A stretch of 64,000 nucleotides of DNA from Nitrosopumilus sp. (GTDB taxonomy: Archaea; Thermoproteota; Nitrososphaeria; Nitrososphaerales; Nitrosopumilaceae), in assembly GCA_965238275.1 (NCBI GenBank), contig OZ250186.1, positions 1,984,001 to 2,048,000 of the forward strand, written 5' to 3'. Both the position numbers and the translations under genes were made by a program. Below, one piece after another: positions 59,916 to 64,000 of the stretch (positions are counted from its first letter, which is position 1; each line of letters starts with the position of its first letter). Under the pieces are notes generated by a model. The model ran no database searches, was not told where the DNA came from, and saw only the letters and a list, made by a program, of their open reading frames with translations.

Positions 59916-60389
59916 CTACGACAGTCCGTGCTTTTTAAAGTATTTTTGATGGTACTCCTCTGCACGATAGAACACGGGTGCCGGCACAATCGTAGTCACG
60001 ATGGGTCGGTCGTACCGTTTCGAGCCATCCAGCCGTTGTTTGGAGGTCTCTGCTGCATCCTTTTGTTCCGGGTTGTGATAGAATATTGCCGAGCGGTACT
60101 GGATGCCAACGTCAGGTCCCTGCCGGTTTAGTGCGGTCGGATTGTGGTTGTTCCAGAATATATCAAGGAGATCGTCATAGGAGATGATCTCCGGGTCGTA
60201 GTCGACCTCCACTGCCTCTGCATGTCCGGTCCTGTCGGTGCACACCTCCTCGTAGGTGGGGCTCGGTATGCTGCCGCCGGTATACCCGGCAGCGGTGGAT
60301 CTCACGCCGGGTGTCTTGCTAAACAGATCCTCGACATGCCAGAAGCATCCTGCGCCAAACGTAGCCTTCAAGTTGGCAGGTATTGGCAC
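59916..60389 (-). CDS. msrA: Peptide methionine sulfoxide reductase A
   Basis: GCFW, GY.GG, GHAE, QG.D.G.QYRS and AEEYHQ.Y motifs. Confidence 0.96.
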   Translation of the reverse strand: MPIPANLKATFGAGCFWHVEDLFSKTPGVRSTAAGYTGGSIPSPTYEEVCTDRTGHAEAVEVDYDPEIISYDDLLDIFWNNHNPTALNRQGPDVGIQYRSAIFYHNPEQKDAAETSKQRLDGSKRYDRPIVTTIVPAPVFYRAEEYHQKYFKKHGLS

Positions 60390-60559
60390 CTGTCAAATTA
60401 AAACCATGCCATTGTACACGCGCCCCCCATACGGGACACTCAAAACAATGGACTTTGGCATGCGCTAGCCGTCAGTAGCGTCTCGAATATAAAAAAATAT
60501 CAGGTGGCCGTCGCTGTAAGGCTGCCCGGCCGCCGGATTATAAAAAAATCAGATTATAG

Positions 60560-60985
60560 TTATTTGGTCTTTTGTACGAATATAGAAACCCATGACTGGA
60601 AGATGTTCTTGTTTAGATCAACGAATGATTTTGTGTTGTCGTTGAATGTCTTGATGTTTCTCTGTGCTGCATCGATGGTTGCAAGTGCAATCTGGTTCTG
60701 GGTTGTTGCAGTCTTGATTACCTCGTTGCTGGCACTCTGGATTGTCTTAAGTGTGATTTCAGGAATCGTGGCTGCAAGTCCGGTCTTTGCTACATATGCC
60801 TTTTGCAGTTCAATAGCTGAACCTGTAATGCTCTCATATGCCTGAATGTACTCCTGCTGCATGTTGGTAACTGCCTGGTGGTACTGTGGCACTGACTGTC
60901 TGATGGCGCTAAACACTTTGTTCGTGTTGCTCTGATACATGGAAAATATGTCCTTTGGGTGTTCTGTGTGTTCTGTTTTACTCAT
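60560..60985 (-). CDS. Putative phasin (PhaP-like)
   Basis: Amphipathic helical Q/N/T/A-rich protein, translationally coupled to an AbrB gene near phaEC. Confidence 0.65.
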   Translation of the reverse strand: MSKTEHTEHPKDIFSMYQSNTNKVFSAIRQSVPQYHQAVTNMQQEYIQAYESITGSAIELQKAYVAKTGLAATIPEITLKTIQSASNEVIKTATTQNQIALATIDAAQRNIKTFNDNTKSFVDLNKNIFQSWVSIFVQKTK

Positions 60986-61407
60986 TTTTTCACCTCCTCA
61001 TTATTTGATTTTTTTGCTATTGGCAGTACAATTACTTGAACCAGGTCACCGTCCGAAAGGCCAAGCGCGTTGCGCTCAGCTTCCGGAATTGAGATCCTGC
61101 CGTTGCTGCTGATGGTCGTCTTGTATGCACCCCAGTTCATAAAGCACGAAAACATCTGTCCGATGTTAAACATCGTATCCATGCCCTTGTTCTGCATCGA
61201 GTACATGTTCTGCATCAGGTCTGACTGGGTCTGTTTGGTCTTATCAGATATCTCCTTCAGCGTTGTCAGGGGGTTGAATGTCTGGTTGTTCTGATTCGTC
61301 ATCAGAGAGCCAAAGTTCTTTACGAACTCGGCTTGTGCGTTGCCGCTCTTTTGAATCCAGTCCCTGAACATCTGTGTTGGGTCGTATTGGTTCTCATTAC
61401 CGCTCAT
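60982..61407 (-). CDS. AbrB-domain regulator, PhaR-like
   Basis: C-terminal GRISIP.AER.ALG..DGDLVQV.V.P with an N-terminal M/Q/F-rich region, like haloarchaeal PhaR. Confidence 0.78.
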   Translation of the reverse strand: MSGNENQYDPTQMFRDWIQKSGNAQAEFVKNFGSLMTNQNNQTFNPLTTLKEISDKTKQTQSDLMQNMYSMQNKGMDTMFNIGQMFSCFMNWGAYKTTISSNGRISIPEAERNALGLSDGDLVQVIVLPIAKKSNNEEVKK

Positions 61408-61413
61408 TGGTAA

Positions 61414-61536
61414 GGGGAGGGATACCCAGATCTATCTCCTCAATTCCAAATCATGGCGCCGATGACATGGCAGCAAGCAGGGATGCCAAATGTTTGGGGG
61501 AGGGATACCCTCATGATTAGGGATGCCCCCTCAAAA
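61414..61536. promoter_or_regulatory. Repeated AGGGATRCC motif upstream of the phaR-like gene
   Basis: Copies start at 61418, 61479, 61501 and 61519. GGGGAGGGATACCC is exact at 61414-61427 and 61497-61510. Confidence 0.55.
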
Positions 61537-61773
61537 AGGTGCCTCTGACTTGGGAATTGTTTTTGCTGCATGCCTTATTCTTCAGAAACGCCGGTCTGCA
61601 CGGGTATCATCAGGACATGTTTTATTGTGTTTTTCCTGATCAGCGTTGGGCTCCCCGCGTCAGTATCTGGGATGGGCGGATTGTTTGTACCGGTGTATCA
61701 GGCTCATTTGGCAGCACTTACCATGTCACGCAGCCGCCTTAATCAGGCCAGACGATGCGTTGTGCATGAATTC

Positions 61774-62583
61774 TCAGGCATCGTCTCCGTCAAAAAATCT
61801 GAGAACCGATGCCACAAATGCGTCAGAATCATGCACGTATGGGGTGTGGCCGGATCCATTCATTACAAGAAGCCGGCAGTCTGGAATTGCAGAGGCAAAA
61901 TCATCTATGAATCTGATCGGGATAACCGGATCATTGGAACCCCAGACCAGCATTGTGGGGGCGGAGATTGTCGCCAGGTCCGAACTGGTCAGTTTTGAAT
62001 TCTGCAGCCCCAACAGGGCAGACATGAAGGCAAATTTGGAGTTGTGCATCATCATCCTAGAGACAAAGCCATCAACAATGTCCGGGTCGGCATGGGCATC
62101 AGAACCACTCATCATCTCAAATGCCTTTGTGGCATTGTCATGGTTTGGGTATAATGCAGCCATGACATACGCGTCCAGGGCGGCAGTGGATCTTTTCATA
62201 AAGCCTGAAGGCGATACCAGTACAAGCCTTTCAACGTTTTTGGGATGGGATATGGCATACGCCGCAACAATCTGCCCCCCCATTGAAGATCCAATCAGGC
62301 ATGGGTTGGAGATGCCGATGCGTGCGAAAAAACCATTCAAAAAGTCTGAAAAAAAGTCAAGCGTATAATCCAAGGAGGGCCTGTCGCTGTGCCCGAATCC
62401 AAGGAGATCAGGGACCACCACACGGAAGGTCTTTGCAAAGAGGGGGGTTACACGGTTCCACCGGTCAGCAGAAGCGCCTAGACCGTGCACCAGAACCAGG
62501 GTTCTTTTGGAACTACCAGAGTCTAGATAGCGAACCCTGTGTCCGTCGACAGTGACGAATTTTTCCTTCACTATATCTAACAT
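61774..62583 (-). CDS. Alpha/beta hydrolase
   Basis: HGLG, D..GFG.S, GSSMGG, WG..D and GH.P motifs. Confidence 0.92.
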   Translation of the reverse strand: MLDIVKEKFVTVDGHRVRYLDSGSSKRTLVLVHGLGASADRWNRVTPLFAKTFRVVVPDLLGFGHSDRPSLDYTLDFFSDFLNGFFARIGISNPCLIGSSMGGQIVAAYAISHPKNVERLVLVSPSGFMKRSTAALDAYVMAALYPNHDNATKAFEMMSGSDAHADPDIVDGFVSRMMMHNSKFAFMSALLGLQNSKLTSSDLATISAPTMLVWGSNDPVIPIRFIDDFASAIPDCRLLVMNGSGHTPYVHDSDAFVASVLRFFDGDDA

Positions 62584-62897
62584 CGTGTTTCATGACTAGA
62601 TAAACCTTGATTCATATCGGTTCGTGGTGGCATACAGTGGACTTTCAGGCAGATGTCGTTTACGATACAGGCAGGCAGGCATGCATAGTACCGGACATAA
62701 TGATCCGCTCATTATCCAGCAAAATCAGGCATGAATTCAAAGGAAAATTAGCGAAACATTATGTCCCCGACTATGCATGCATGGTCGCGCACAGTCACGC
62801 CTGCTGCAAGCAGGATGCGGCTACATCATGCCATGACACCGGGCACAGAGACAATGCCTCAAGGACAGAGGTTAATAGTCACCGGGCCTGAACAAGG

Positions 62898-63761
62898 TTG
62901 AAGATATTTTTGGTCTCAATAAATCCTCTCGATGTCTTTCTATGGACCCTCCGTAGGAATGAAAGGGATGTCATAAACCTCTATGACGCGCTGTCGCCCA
63001 TGATGCAGATTGCCACGGGGGGGAACATGCTTAACTTTGGATACTGGGATGACGGACATCCGGATCCGGTCTCGGCACAGAGAAACCTGTGCAGGCACGT
63101 TGCCGTGATGGCAGAGATGGGGCATGCCGGAACTGTTCTTGATGTTGGAAGCGGGTTGGCTGCCCCGGCATCATACTGGAAGGAGACGTATGAAGATTTA
63201 CAGATATGCTGCGTAAACATCAACTATTCCCAGCTGCGCAGGGGCCTGCACACGAATCTCATATGCGTCAATGCATCATCTACCAGGCTGCCATTCAGGA
63301 ACAACTCCGTGGATCGAATCATAGCCCTGGAATCTGCGCAGCATTTCAGGCCGTTTTCGGATTTTATAGCACACGCCGGCAGGATTCTGTCAGATTCCGG
63401 GCTGCTTGTGCTGGCGGTTCCCGTAACAATGGGCAGGCAGTCTGCCATGAAGCTGGGAATCCTGAAATTTACATGGTCATCAGAGCACTACTCCCTGGAG
63501 CAGATCCGGAAGGATGTGACATCGGGGGGATTTGTGGTGGATGAGGAGGAGATGGTAGGCCGGTCAGTGTATGATCCGCTTGCAGATTATTACATCAAAA
63601 ACCGCAGCACGTTAAGGGAGATCATACTGCAGCAGTATCCGTCATACGCTGAGGCAATTCTCTTCAAATCAGTACAAAAGATGAAAAAGGCATCAGAGGA
63701 CGGAGTGATTGATTATGCGCTGCTGAAGTGCCATTTGCAGGACACCTGCCGGGATGCATGA
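62898..63761 (+). CDS. Class I SAM-dependent methyltransferase
   Basis: LNFGYW, VLDVGSG, LPF...S.D and ESAQHF motifs. Confidence 0.9.
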   Translation: MKIFLVSINPLDVFLWTLRRNERDVINLYDALSPMMQIATGGNMLNFGYWDDGHPDPVSAQRNLCRHVAVMAEMGHAGTVLDVGSGLAAPASYWKETYEDLQICCVNINYSQLRRGLHTNLICVNASSTRLPFRNNSVDRIIALESAQHFRPFSDFIAHAGRILSDSGLLVLAVPVTMGRQSAMKLGILKFTWSSEHYSLEQIRKDVTSGGFVVDEEEMVGRSVYDPLADYYIKNRSTLREIILQQYPSYAEAILFKSVQKMKKASEDGVIDYALLKCHLQDTCRDA

Positions 63762-63835
63762 AGGCGATGCCGCGCAAGGCGCGACCCTATTTTACATCAG
63801 GCTGCCTTGACAGAATGCACGGGTAGTCCAAGGAA

Positions 63836-64000
63836 TCACTGGAGTATCTTTCGGAGTCCTGCACACCGGTTTCTTATGGTGACCTCGGTGACTCCGGATG
63901 CAATTGATATGTCCTTTTGGGACTTTACCTCTCCGGTACTGTTGCACGCAAGGTATAGCGCAGCAGCTGCCATCCCCATCGGATCCTTGCCTGCCACCAT
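63836..64000 (-). CDS. tfb: Transcription initiation factor IIB, C-terminal part (runs off the window)
   Basis: AGKDPMG.AAAALYLAC.....SQ..I...SGVTEVTIRNR. Confidence 0.92.
   Translation of the reverse strand: MVAGKDPMGMAAAALYLACNSTGEVKSQKDISIASGVTEVTIRNRCAGLRKILQ

Overview
The window reads as an ammonia-oxidising archaeon of the Nitrosopumilaceae (Thaumarchaeota/Nitrososphaerota). This is inferred from the hef-dCMP deaminase-polB-tpiA block, the mcm/mce/meaB genes of the 3HP/4HB cycle, a parvulin, Nre, TFB and DUF6659-like paralogs. Its relatively high GC and heavy IS load would fit a host-associated (for example sponge) lineage, also by inference. A core housekeeping backbone (polB, ppdK, pepN-like, ilvC, nadM, purN, metG, nadE, ahcY, ychF, birA) is interrupted by at least six IS elements, several degraded accessory islets (NERD, HNH, DprA, a TA-like pair, a truncated PAS kinase) and a class III PHA cluster (phaE-phaC ... 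phaR-phaP-like plus a hydrolase). The most striking structure is nested. A single-ORF IS66 (2314-5189, 38-bp TIRs, 8-bp TSD GAATTTTA) has its transposase split by a 1248-bp transposase-free insert (2442-3689, 8-bp TSD CATGTCTG). That insert is bounded by two directly repeated 47-bp mini-elements, each made of two facing terminal inverted repeats, and it carries an APS/PAPS reductase (cysH) gene. No CRISPR array, rRNA or intact tRNA was seen. All family assignments come from motif recognition by eye, not from database searches.
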